From Tubulanus polymorphus (taxonomy: Eukaryota; Animalia; Nemertea): 64,000 nt of DNA. Both the position numbers and the translations under genes were made by a program. Within the stretch, counting starts at the first letter, position 1, and every line of letters begins with the position of its first letter. The stretch is taken from the NCBI RefSeq assembly GCF_964204645.1, contig NC_134030.1:13510656-13574655 (forward strand), written 5' to 3'. The notes beneath the pieces were generated by a model. The model was not told where the DNA came from. It was given only the letters and a program-made list of their open reading frames with translations, and searched no databases. This document shows, in pieces, positions 37,901 through 49,479 of the stretch.

Positions 37901-38388
37901 ACATATCTGACGATACAGAAAGATTTATTGTCGTATGAAAGATAAAACAAGCAAGGCTTTCAATTTGTAATCAACTCTCCCAAAGCATGTTTTTTTCGCA
38001 AAAAGGAATTCGAATGTATTTGATCACGGCGAATCTTCGCTCGAATAGATCTTCGACATCTTGGGTGATTTTCTTTGGCCACGGCACACCGAACACGTGC
38101 ACCCGCAAAACCTATGTTTTTACAACGTAGAATTCTATATAAATTGCCGAAAGGCCACTCGCCTTTATTTAATTCATTAAAACTCTGGCTGCGCGCTTCA
38201 CCAAGTTTCGACTTTGACATATTATCTTTATGTTTAACTAAATTTTGTGGGATTATCTTATCTAATTTATCTTGTTTTACTTGACGCCATATATGTTTGG
38301 TAGAAGAATAAGCAACCGAACTCTCAGGGTTATAATATAAATTTCTTAAATAATGTTCTTAAGTATTTCGAGTTTTTTCATCCCCCAT
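34906..38388 (-). pseudogene. rve integrase interrupted by two Helentron-like copies
   Basis: N-terminus 38223-38388, core 34906-35774 (IDIFSRY, VERFNRRL). Confidence 0.85.
35775..38222 (+). mobile_element. Two head-to-tail copies (35775-36835, 36836-38222) of Helentron-like family 2
   Basis: 5' AAGCGCACAGC; 3' GCTG(T/C)GCGCTT followed by hairpin AAGT-TTCG-ACTT and ACATAT; large internal homology between the copies. Confidence 0.75.
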
Positions 38389-39240
38389 TTATAGACGGAT
38401 GCCGGGCGCCGCAGGACGTCCCTTTGGTAAACGCGTAGCCTATATGTGGATACTACGAAGTGTCTTTTTAACCGAATCTGACTTACTGACAAAGTCAGAA
38501 TAAAATGACGTCAGAGTACGTCCGGTTTGACGTTCATGGGGAACTCGGAAGTAGAATTACGTCACGCTAAAATCCGGCAGCCAATTAACTAAAATAAGGA
38601 AACTTATGGATCGGGTTATTTCAGAATTTATTTATTTCATGAAATTTTGAACAAGATTGGGTCGATGAATAGTTTAACAATGAACCGCGTTGATCGAACG
38701 TGTTCGAAAAGCTGAGATTCCCTTAGCAACAGGAGCGAATTCATAATAAACAAACCACGCGCCGGGCCCTGGTTCGGCAGCCATCGCAGGTTCGAATCCC
38801 GGAGAATTACGCTCTCGCGCGCGCGTGCGACAGTCAACCCCAGCCGTAGTCAGTAACCTGTCTGTGGTTTAGTTTCACGATCGGATATTTTCACAAACCA
38901 GTCAGGAATGGGAAAGTCATTTTTGTATGCAATCTTAGTCAGCCAATTTGACTGACGAGTAATTTGCCTGGCATTTCATTGTCCTTTAAGATATCCGTCT
39001 AATTTTTGTTGTAATCGACGCACAACAGATTCGTAGTTTGTCTGATACCTATAACACCTCACCTGACGATCTTAATCCATGTGCAAATCGGCCGTTAAGT
39101 GAGAGTAAATTCCGTCGAGTCAACAGCTGCCATTTTGAAAATTACTGGATGGTGCTGGCACCTGTGGAATTTGGCCAGGACAACAGCACAAACTTACGAA
39201 GCGAAACGACGAAATTGAAAAAATTAAGAAATCAACACTA

Positions 39241-40141
39241 AATATAGCTGCAAAGCAGCGATAACGGGTTTTCTGGATGCATGTGATCGAAAGGAAAAAT
39301 TAATTACCGGAGGCGCTTTTACGAATTTCAAACTGAATCTTTGTAAATCGATTTAAGTTTCACGTTTACGGCACGCGGTTTAGTGAATCGGATTTGGTAA
39401 ATCAACTCGTTTATGGACGCGGTTTAGTAAACTGATTTATTAAATCGACTAACTTGCTCGGCGAGCAAGTTAGTGGCAATTTAGTCAGTGAAATCCAACA
39501 TGGCGTCCTCTTCGACCGCGGGCTTGAGACATCTATCGCAGACAATCATCTATCAATAATTCGGTCACCATTGACGCCCATTTTCTTTCGAATCGCGACC
39601 TTCAAATTGATAAATTGATTCGACTCATTTACGAAAAACGATTCGATTTACTAAATCTTTCGGTTTCCGACATCGAATCGGATTTAGCTAAACCGAATCA
39701 GATTCAATTTCGTAAAAGAGCCTCGGGTATTCGATGGAAAAAATAAAATGAGATGATTTGGATATTATCGGAGCAATCCTCTTTTTGGTTGAATGGTCTA
39801 ACCCCAGTATAGTCCCCCGTGATTTGGAAATTCTCGGAGCCCTCCTTTATTTACTTACTAAATGACGTCACAAACTGTTATTTCGCCGGTGCTTGTTGTC
39901 TAACAATTCAATTCAATTCTTTATTTACAGTAACCTAATAAGTAATTTTAAGTTTCAAATAGGATTGAAAGTACATTCAGACAATCTGTTGGTTCAGAGA
40001 GACCGTTATTACAGTATCAATTTATACATTTCGTTTCGAAGCTGTCAGTTGCCGAATATGAATGAAGATGAATTTTATTTGATGAAATCGGCGGAAAATA
40101 TATAATAAATATAGCTGCAAAGCAGCGATAACGGGTTTTCT
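39241..40141 (-). mobile_element. Helentron-like family 3 copies (partial, tandem)
   Basis: Near-identical to 61911-62365; 3' end CAGAAAACCCGTTATC-GCTGC-TTT-GCAGC-TATATT on the minus strand. Confidence 0.6.
39311..39723. mobile_element. MITE with ~15-bp TIRs and 3-bp CGG TSD (PIF/Harbinger-like by TSD length)
   Basis: AGGCGCTTTTACGAA...TTCGTAAAAGAGCCT flanked by CGG; empty site visible at 61971-61990. Confidence 0.8.
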
Positions 40142-40274
40142 GAGCAGGCGTGCTACTCATAATTTGAAAAGTGGATAATAGAAATATATCAATACGGGAT
40201 ACGCATTTGATGTGTCAAGTCACACCAATGCGGTTTAACATAACATAATTCATAGTTATAGTCAAATTGGGGGT

Positions 40275-40912
40275 AGTAATAGGGGTTTTAGTTGTTTCAT
40301 ACCAAAGGTCGAGAGGTCGAGAAATTTTCCAAATGTGAAAATAACAATAATTTCTACTTGAATTAGTCGCGTACACTCCTAATTCAAGTAGAAATTATTA
40401 TTATTTTAACATTTGGAAAATTTATCAACCTCTCAACCTTTCATATGAAACAACTAAACCCCTATTACTCTATCTAATCACAAGTCTCATAATTTACAAG
40501 CCTCAACACGTTGAGTATTGCGTATTACATGTTGATTCTAGAACCACCCATCTAGAAAACTACATTAGCCAATCACAGTTGAGTATTACTCTAGCCAATC
40601 ACAGTTGAGTATTACTCTAGCCAATCACAGTTGAGTATTTCCAGCCAATCACAGTTGGGTATTACACTATCCAATCACAGTTGAGTATTACTCTATCCAA
40701 TTACAGTTGAGTATTACTCTATCCAATCACAGTTGAGTATTCCCTATTACACTAGCCAATCACAAGCCTCATAATTTACAAGTCTCAACACGCAGCTGGG
40801 TTTTCCCCACTGTTGAGTAGTATAAATAGGCGGGACTCACGCGTGGTGGGACTCACACGTGGCGGGACGCGTTGAGAGGTAAGTGTTGAGAGGTAAGTGT
40901 TATGTTCAATTT
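40275..40912 (+). repeat. Left TIR of copy C (hairpin 40275-40469, CCAAT array, TATA)
   Basis: Reverse complement of 60025-60637. Confidence 0.95.
40567..40900 (+). promoter_or_regulatory. Putative inward Pol II promoter: 8 CCAAT boxes, TATAAATA (40821), GGCGGG, two AG|GTAAGT donors
   Basis: CCAAT at 40569, 40595, 40621, 40645, 40671, 40697, 40723 and 40756; mirrored (7 boxes) in the right TIR upstream of PolB. Confidence 0.6.
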
Positions 40913-40933
40913 AGTAAAAAATACATATAATAA

Positions 40934-41600
40934 ATGGAACCAGAACAACCACAAACTATCAATATTACAAATAACACTGGTGTTATAAATATATACTACA
41001 AGAAGTGTTCTAAATGTGAATTAGATAAATTAGCTTTAACAGAATTTAGTAAGCGTAAGATTAGCAAAGATGGTTTTCAATATTGCTGTAAAACTTGCAC
41101 TAAACTATATACCAAACAATACCGAGAAGATAATATAGAACATTATGATTATTATATGGCAGAATATATTAGAGAAAGATATCAAATAGATCTTAATTTT
41201 AGATTGAAACAATGCTTAAGATCTAGATTAACACAATTATTCAACAAAGAAACACATTCAGAAACACTATCTAATTTATTGGGTTGTACAGATGAATTTT
41301 CATATCATGGATAATATATCAATTCGACGATAAATTGAATATAGATAATTATGGAGATTATTTTCATATTGATCACGTGTTACCGATATCTAAATTTAAC
41401 ATGAATGATGAATACAATAAAAAACTTATTTGGGGTTGGAAAAATTTAAGACCTCTTGAAAAGAAAGAAAATAAAATCTAATCTAATAAACTAGATTTAC
41501 AGTTATATTTAGAGCAGTTAACAAAGGCAAAGAAATTTATTGATCAATGGAACAATGATCCAAATAATCAACAATACGTTGAGTCTTTAATGAGTGGTTA
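40934..41600 (+). pseudogene. Zinc-ribbon + HNH-type endonuclease (frameshifted)
   Basis: Near-identical to 30084-30761; FHIDHVLP lies in the shifted frame. Confidence 0.7.
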
Positions 41601-41848
41601 AAGAATCATAGATTTTAAATAAAAAGTATTAAAAATTACATATCTTCAACTAGCTAGTATTAGTTATTGTTTTTTTAATATTTTCTTTTCAAAAAAGAAT
41701 ACTTGATATCACATATGAAAAATACTTAAAAAACAATAACTAATACTAAAATTCTTTACCTTTAACTAAGCTAGTATTAATCTAAAGAGATACTGGTATC
41801 ATTTTATAATACTTATAATATTTTTCTTATTAAATTTCTCTAATATAA

Positions 41849-42463
41849 ATGTCAAAGAAATCGAGTAAGAATAGTATTGATATTGAAAAAACATTAGATG
41901 ATTTATGTATTAGTGATAATAAGGATATTCAAACCAAAATTGAAAATAATATTCAAGTTAATGGTAATATAGATTATGAATACTACTTATATTGTAAACA
42001 CCATCTTGAATTTCTAATTGCTAGCGGGAAGTGTAAACAATTTTTAACTAAGACTATTACTTTTCAAGAATTAGATGCTATGAAACCAGATAAAGTAATA
42101 AAATATTCTAAGATTTATGAAGAAGCTAGATTAGCTAGAATAAATGATTCTATTTCAGATGGTATTGTCAAATGTTACTCTAAGTTATGTAACCAGTTAA
42201 TACCAATTGATGATGAAAATAAATTATATAGTGATTTGAAAAATGACTACTTAGTTATGACTGAATTACAAAAATGGGTCGGATATGCTTCATTTCAATT
42301 AGGATCGGTTATGACATTGATTTCTACTGGCGTCATAACATTTTCGAACATCAAACCTATGGAATATAAATCAGGTAAGAACGAAACAGATGACGCTGTA
42401 CTACAACCAAACGGCGAAACAGAAAATGAATCAGAACAAAAATTAACTAAAATAAATGAGTGA
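41849..42463 (+). CDS. Conserved viral protein
   Basis: Intact 204 aa; four homologs in the window. Confidence 0.7.
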   Translation: MSKKSSKNSIDIEKTLDDLCISDNKDIQTKIENNIQVNGNIDYEYYLYCKHHLEFLIASGKCKQFLTKTITFQELDAMKPDKVIKYSKIYEEARLARINDSISDGIVKCYSKLCNQLIPIDDENKLYSDLKNDYLVMTELQKWVGYASFQLGSVMTLISTGVITFSNIKPMEYKSGKNETDDAVLQPNGETENESEQKLTKINE

Positions 42464-42824
42464 TGGAGTTAAGAAAAAGGTTAGATCTGAAAAACAAATT
42501 AAATGGGCAAGAGAATTAGGTAAAAGATCTCCAGAATTAAAAAAAGCTAAGAAAAAGAAATTAACTGATATAAATGAATCACAGACTTTATCTGATATTG
42601 ATTCAAATAATAATCCATCTAATTCTTCTAATGCTGGAAGTAATAATTACTTATATATTACAATTGGGTTAATCACAATTATTATATTATCCGGTGTAAT
42701 ATATAAATCAAAATTCAAATCTGATGATAAAGATGATTCCAATGATAATAAACCTATTATACCAGAAAATAAGTCAAATCATAAAGTCATTGAAACTAAA
42801 TCTAAATTATTATTAATGGATTAA
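42456..42824 (+). CDS. Basic single-TM protein
   Basis: Intact 122 aa; KQIKWARELG plus TM helix. Confidence 0.65.
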   Translation: MSDGVKKKVRSEKQIKWARELGKRSPELKKAKKKKLTDINESQTLSDIDSNNNPSNSSNAGSNNYLYITIGLITIIILSGVIYKSKFKSDDKDDSNDNKPIIPENKSNHKVIETKSKLLLMD

Positions 42825-42830
42825 AATAAG

Positions 42831-45800
42831 ATGAAAAAAGAACAATATTTAAGAGAGTTATATTACAACCCAGAAAGTGAAGCATCATATTCTAACGTTT
42901 CAGAATTATGGAATAAAATTAAATCTGATAATGAAAATGGTAATATAAAATATAGTGAACTAAGATTATGGTTACGAAATCAACCAACATATCAAATCCA
43001 CAAGAAAATGGATACAAGAGCCCCAAGGGGCACAATGGCCAGCCTGTCAGATTTGCTTTTTATAAATGATGTAATCTGTGGGTTATATTTATCAATATAC
43101 ACTCCCTGCTCAATGTCATTTACATAGTACAATCGTGTGTTAACACAGACAGCAGGAGCGAATGTTATATAGAAATACTAAGTTATTGTATTGTTCAACG
43201 CCCCTGGTGGCCATATACAAAAACCAATGAGCTTGAAACTCACCAAGATCATAGACCATGTCATGAGCTACAACCTTCCAATTGATTGTGGTAGCAAAAT
43301 ATGCATAGGTACGAATGTAATATAGAAATACTAAGTTATTGTATTGTTCAACGCCCCCTGGTGGCCATAAACAAAAACCAATGAGCGTGAAACTCACCTC
43401 AATCATAGAACATGTCATGAGCTACAACTTTCCAATTAATTATGGTAGCAAAATATGCTTAAGTATCAAAATGATGTGGCAAAACTTTTTTTTTCCACTA
43501 CGAATGAGTACTGATGACCCCAAGATGGCCGCCAATTGCGTCATAATTGCCTGGTCAAAAATACCCTCTCGGATATAAAAGATCCTTTTCCAAAGAATAC
43601 CCATTACAAATTGCAATGAAAAATGGCACACCATTAGAAAGCTACAGGACTCAGAATTCAGGCCAAAATTAACATTTTTGGGAACAAAAAAGGTCACAGG
43701 ACGGCCATCTTGAGTCCGATCGACCCAATTTTTCTCATGCCGATGGGCCCTTGGGGGATACAAATATATACGAATGATCAAGGTTATTGATAAAAGTGTC
43801 TTCAAAATTTCCCTCGAAAACTTCTAAAATGTGTAAAAAGTGCTGATTTTGGCGAACAACAATGGCTGCCAGTCGGCCATCTTGAATCTGACAGGGCCAG
43901 TTTTTGGCCTGAAGATGTGTCTAGGGTAGATACACGTATAAACCAAATATCAAGACATTACCTTGAAGCGTCTTCAAAACTTTGGAACTCTCACGAACTA
44001 TCTAGATGGTTATCTCTCGACCTCAATAGCTTCAAGACCCATCTCAAAACAACTTTGTTCCATGCAGCATACCATTAACTCTCGGAAAGCGAATTGGATT
44101 TAACATTTTTTTTGGCAGAATAAAATTTGATTGAATTTGCAATTCGAGCACATGGCTAATTAGCATATCAAGTTCATACACTCGATTTGGGAAAAGAAAT
44201 TTTTCGCGAACCTTGCGCAATTGTCAAGGATGAATTTTCTGTAGAGCAAATAAAAATTCCTCCCAAACACCAAATCAACTAAAGATTTCATAGAAATCGA
44301 TCTTGAAATACGATTTTAAATCTTGAAATAAAACCCGGAAGTAAAACAATAGACGATACCGCGGGTTCACGTGAACACCTGATTTCTGTAAACGAAATGT
44401 TGGTTGTGACAAAATTGTTCAGACGGTTTTAGGTGGTAATAAGTACGGAAACGTAACGACCATGGTCGACTTATTCGATGAAATCAGGCCTATGTGATAT
44501 CCAAATTTTGACTTTTTTATTCTCCAGACCTCCCTGATATAGAAATAAAAAATTTTGGTGGTACGAATAGTGCAATCACAGCGCCGACGGCGACAGAGCC
44601 GTGTCAGAGATCGGCGGAGTGAAAATTGCGGAGGTGGACGAACACGAAGAAGTAGGCTATTGAGCTACTTGAATCGCGAAAACTCCTGGCGCGGCCCCGA
44701 CGCTTTTCGTTGATTAAGTAGTACAAATATCAAGCAATGGGTTTTCACAATCTACCGCCGGTGTTTACCGGATTTCAATATCACTCCAAAATTCAAAGAA
44801 ACCTCGAAATATCGAACTGCAACACTTTCGAGAGATATCCGCAGCTGCCCAACCGGGAAACTTATTTGTTGATAGGATCCATCATCCCGTCAAGGGATTC
44901 GAACCCACTAAGCTAAAGCCGTGCCAGAATCGGGTCGGGCCAATCACAGCGCTTGTAACAAACCACATTAGGCTTCTGTGGAATTTCCCAGTAAATGGGC
45001 CAATCAGCGAACACGTAGCGAACGCGGAAGTCGCATGTTGATACATGACGTCATGCGCAAAAGCGCCAGTAATGAAATCACGATAATTCACGTGAACAGC
45101 TGCTGATATTTTTAGATAAACCAGGGAAGTGTGATGACTCATCACACTTCCCTGGATAAACCAATCACAGGGAAGACACAACTTCCTGATTGGCTGATAA
45201 AAATTGAAATTTTCCCGATTTTATTTTCGTGAAAAATGCAGAAAACATTTTTATGAAAGCCTATTTCAAAATTCTGCTCGCTACGATTCCGAGAATGCAT
45301 TACGCTTAAATACGTGATTTGTTCGAATATGCCCTCACTTGGCAAGCAAAAGAGCCTTTTGTGTGGAAACCATGTCATTTAAATTCGCTCCATTTGTATA
45401 GTAATAGGCTCAGCCTACGGCTGGCCTAAAAACTTATTTAACAAGAAAAGTTATGGTTTCATATATCGATCAACAATGGCAAGCAGATTTAATTGACATG
45501 AAGAACTTAGAAGAATACAACAAAGGATATTTCTGGATATTAAATGTTATAGACATATTCAGTAGATACGCATGGTCAATTCCAATCAAAAATAAAACTG
45601 GAATAGAAGTGACAAATGCTTTTAAATCTATATTTAAAGAAGCTATTCCAGATAAGATAACGATGTAGATTATTTTTCAACACATTCAGATAAAAAAGCA
45701 TCTATTATAGAAAGATTTAATAAAACATTGAAAACTAGAATGTGGAAATATTTTACTGCTAATGAAACATATAAATATATCGATGTGTTAGATGATTTAG

Positions 45801-46279
45801 TGAAAGGTTATAATAATTCTAAACATAGTTCTATAAATATGAAACCTATACAAGCTAGAAAAGAAGATAATTCAGAAAAAGTTTGGAATAATTTATATAG
45901 AGCGTTTGTTACACATGATTTTGGAGAACCTAAATTTAAAATTGGACAACACGTTAGAATATCTAAATATAGAAAAACCTTTTACAAAGGTTATACCCCT
46001 AATTTTACTGAAGAAATATTCAAGATTAAAAAGATAATATTAACTAAACCTTTTGTTTATAAACTAGAAGATCTAAAAGATGAAGAAATATTAGGTTATT
46101 TCTATGAACACGAATTATCACTTGTACCAAATCCAGATGAAATAGAATACAAAATAGAAAAAGTATTGAAAACAAAAACTCTTAAAGGAAAAAAGTATTC
46201 TCTGGTGAAATATAAAGGATATGATGATACATTTAATGAATGGATTTTATCTAGTAAAATTAAAAGAATAAATGAATAA
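42831..46279 (+). pseudogene. rve integrase with chromodomain, interrupted by Helentron-like insert and a small deletion
   Basis: N-terminus 42831-43013, resumes at 45429; QWQADLIDM, IDIFSRY, ERFNKTL, LVKYKGY..FNEW. Confidence 0.9.
43014..45428 (-). mobile_element. Helentron-like family 1, second full copy
   Basis: Reverse complement of 26884-29102 with the same termini and a different target site. Confidence 0.82.
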
Positions 46280-46883
46280 AGATTTATTTATATTTGAACC
46301 GCATAATATGTTAGTTACTGGACTAACCAATTGTGGTAAAACACATTTCATATTAGATTTGTTAGAAACTATTTATAAGAATCATTTTGATAATATAATA
46401 TTATTCTGTCCTACTTATGAAATGAATAAAACATATGATAGGGATATAGTTAAAATAAAAAAGTTTATTATATTAGATCCTAAAACAGTAAAAGAAAATT
46501 TAGATAATTGTATAAAAATAGCAATTGATACATATAAAGGATCAAATACATTATTCATTGTAGATGATTGCGCTAATTTACATGATTCAAAAGTGAGAGA
46601 AAGTGAGTTATGTTATTTAGCTTTCTCTGGGAGACATTTTGGGATAACAACATGGGTTTTAAATCAAAAATATAATTCAATTGTTAAAGGCTTTAGGGAG
46701 AATATAAGATTTCTAGTTTTATTCTACAATAAAGATAGAAAATCTATGCAACAATCATTGGAAGAAAATCAAATTATACCTACTGAATTACATGATGAAT
46801 GTATGAATAAATTAAAGAATAATAAAGGTTCAAAATTATTACTTAGGCTTCAATTTCCCTATGAATATAAATTTATAAAATAA
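46272..46883 (+). CDS. A32/FtsK-type DNA packaging ATPase
   Basis: Intact 203 aa: GLTNCGKT, FIVDD, GRHFGI, NQ. Confidence 0.92.
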   Translation: MNKDLFIFEPHNMLVTGLTNCGKTHFILDLLETIYKNHFDNIILFCPTYEMNKTYDRDIVKIKKFIILDPKTVKENLDNCIKIAIDTYKGSNTLFIVDDCANLHDSKVRESELCYLAFSGRHFGITTWVLNQKYNSIVKGFRENIRFLVLFYNKDRKSMQQSLEENQIIPTELHDECMNKLKNNKGSKLLLRLQFPYEYKFIK

Positions 46884-47276
46884 CTTTTTGTATACCTATG
46901 TATTAGATACCCTATTAGATACCCTAATACCTGATACCCTATTAGATACCCTATTAGATACCTTAAATACTTAAAACCCCCTTTTTTAAAATAAATATTA
47001 TTTATACAATTTTCAACCAATTTATTTTTATTTTTTCAACTAATATATGAATAAGTTTGAAAATAATAAAGGTTATTTATTATTACTGAGCTTTCAATAT
47101 AAATTTTAAAAGAAATATAATTTAAGGTATTTTCAAATAATATGTATTAGATATGTATTAGATATGTATTAGATACCTTAAATACCTTAAATACTTAAAA
47201 CCCCCTTTTTCATTTACTATTATTTTTTACAATTTTCAACTAATATTATTATTTGAGTTAAATATAATTAATATTT

Positions 47277-48172
47277 TAATCACTTTCACTATCATAACCT
47301 AACATTTTTTCAAATTCTCTACCGAATTTTCTTCTTCAAATTCTTTATTATTTTCATACTTATTTATTCACCCTTTTTACCGCATCATCAATAGTTGTTT
47401 CATTGTTATGCTTATTCATCCAATCAAATTTATCATTATTTTCTACTTTATGTTTCATAGAATCTTTATTATCAATATCTGTAACTATATTTTCATTATT
47501 ATCTTTATTAGTGTTTGCTCCTAATATTTCATTTACAATGTTTGATCCTAATATTTTATTAGCATCGGTTAAATCTAATTCATCTTTATTAGGTGTTGCT
47601 AATAATAAATCTTCATATAATTCTTTACAATTTACTTTTTTATTTGAAACAAACTTTGTAACATATATAAATGGGTGTTCTATAAATTCTCTTAAACCAA
47701 CACGTTCTATTACATTAGTAATATGTACCTTTGTATTCATATGTTTATTCCAATTTGATGGAGCGTTTGAAAATTCACCTTTACAATGATCACAATAATT
47801 TCAATTTTCACTAATATTTAATATTATTTCATTATTAGATGTAGAAGGTATTACATTATTAGATGTAGAAGGTATTGCATTATTAGATGTAGAAGGTATT
47901 ACATTATTAGATGTAGAAGGTATTACATTATTAGATGTAGAAGGTATTACATTATTAGATGTAGAAGGTATTTCATTATTATCAATTACATTACTTAAAT
48001 TATCAACAACACCACTTTTATTATTATCGATTTCTATTAGTTTAGTTTTATAAATTTTGAAAATAGGATCAAATATCAAAGCTATATTACAAGGTATTAC
48101 ATAATATAAACCATCATTATTTTCATGTGTATCGATGTATGGAATATGTTTATATACTTTACCTCCTACCAT
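47277..48172 (-). pseudogene. Zinc-finger protein with NNVIPSTS repeats
   Basis: Homolog of 23657-24479, broken near 47800. Confidence 0.6.
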
Positions 48173-48204
48173 TTATTATATAAATTTTTATTAAAGTTAA
48201 AATT

Positions 48205-49451
48205 TTAATACATAACACTATTTTATTGAGAATTTACAATATTTAATTGCGCGTCAGATACAATATAAATGTGCATTTTAAAATTTTGATTCCTTTATTC
48301 TTTGTCATGAATAATTGTATTCCATCTTTAGTGTTTTGTAGTTTTTTTCCAGAACCATGTAATGAATTATCCTCTGTTGTTCTAAAATCTAACCATAATG
48401 CATATTTATTACCGATATAATAATCAATTTGATTAATATTACAATTTTCAGATGATTTTACTTTTTCATTCATAAAATGTTTTCTAATTTCTGGCCATTG
48501 ATCAATCATTCTCATTCCTTGACAAAATATTTTATTTGCTATTCCTTCGATAGTTATTTCTACTTTTGTTATTTCAGGATTATAATAATTATCAACATTT
48601 ATTGCACCATTAGTATATGTTGCAATGGTAAAAAATATTAATATACCTTTAATAGATCTTCTTGGGAAGTTAATATTCTCATTAATTATTTCATCATTTG
48701 CATTAATAGTTACAGTCTTAGATTTATCAATATAATCATATAATAAATAAAATCCTTGATTGTATTGAGTTTGAATTATACTTGAAATATTTTCATTAGT
48801 TACTGTATCATATTCTAAACATATATTCGATAATTTATAACCCATATCTTTATTAACGCTAGATATTACAATTTCATTAACAGGAGCAAATGTTATTTCG
48901 AATATAACGTCTTCTTGAATTGCGTATTTATATAAAGGTGCATCATTATTTATCAATTCAAAGTCTAATGGAATTTTATATTTGCTTCCATATATACTTT
49001 TTATCAATTTATCTATAGCATTAGTTAATATTGCATTATGTGCTTCTGATCTTAATTTATTTTGGTTTTCTGATTGGATGCCTTGAAATATCATATTATT
49101 TCAATTTTCTTTAGTTAACCATAAATCTTTATAATGCATAAATAAATTATAATCATCTAATGAGAAAACTGTTTCTGGACCGATCTTTATTGTTAATATT
49201 TTAATCAAATATCTTCCAACATTATCGACAACATAATTATTATTATTACCGTTTACTTTTATATCGGCTGATAAATAAATACTATTTGGAACATAAAAAG
49301 TATTTTGTGTTAATCGAGGAATTCTAACATATAAAGTTTCATCGGGATTAATATTAGAAGGGTTGTGAGTAATTATATGATGTGATCTTTCTGCTTTAAT
49401 AGCATTAGATATTCTATGATTCTTAGAAGGATTGATATAACTCCCACTCAT
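48205..49451 (-). pseudogene. Major capsid protein (stop near 49101, 3' frameshift)
   Basis: ORFs 49101-49451 and 48243-49094 match 6459-7706. Confidence 0.8.
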
Positions 49452-49479
49452 TTATTTAACAAAAAAATTAATTATTTAT

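Larger units (their letters stand above)
32631..38393 (-). mobile_element. Polinton-like copy D (A-type, truncated at the integrase start)
   Basis: Terminus AGTAATTGG..TTCAGATCAGAGGGCGAGAGGGCGA at 32631; reverse-complement homology to 7730-12173. Confidence 0.85.

Noticed and set aside
40567-40765. CRISPR-like regular repeat array
   Set aside because: Units are directly tandem with no unique spacers, there are no cas genes, and the context is a eukaryotic TIR.
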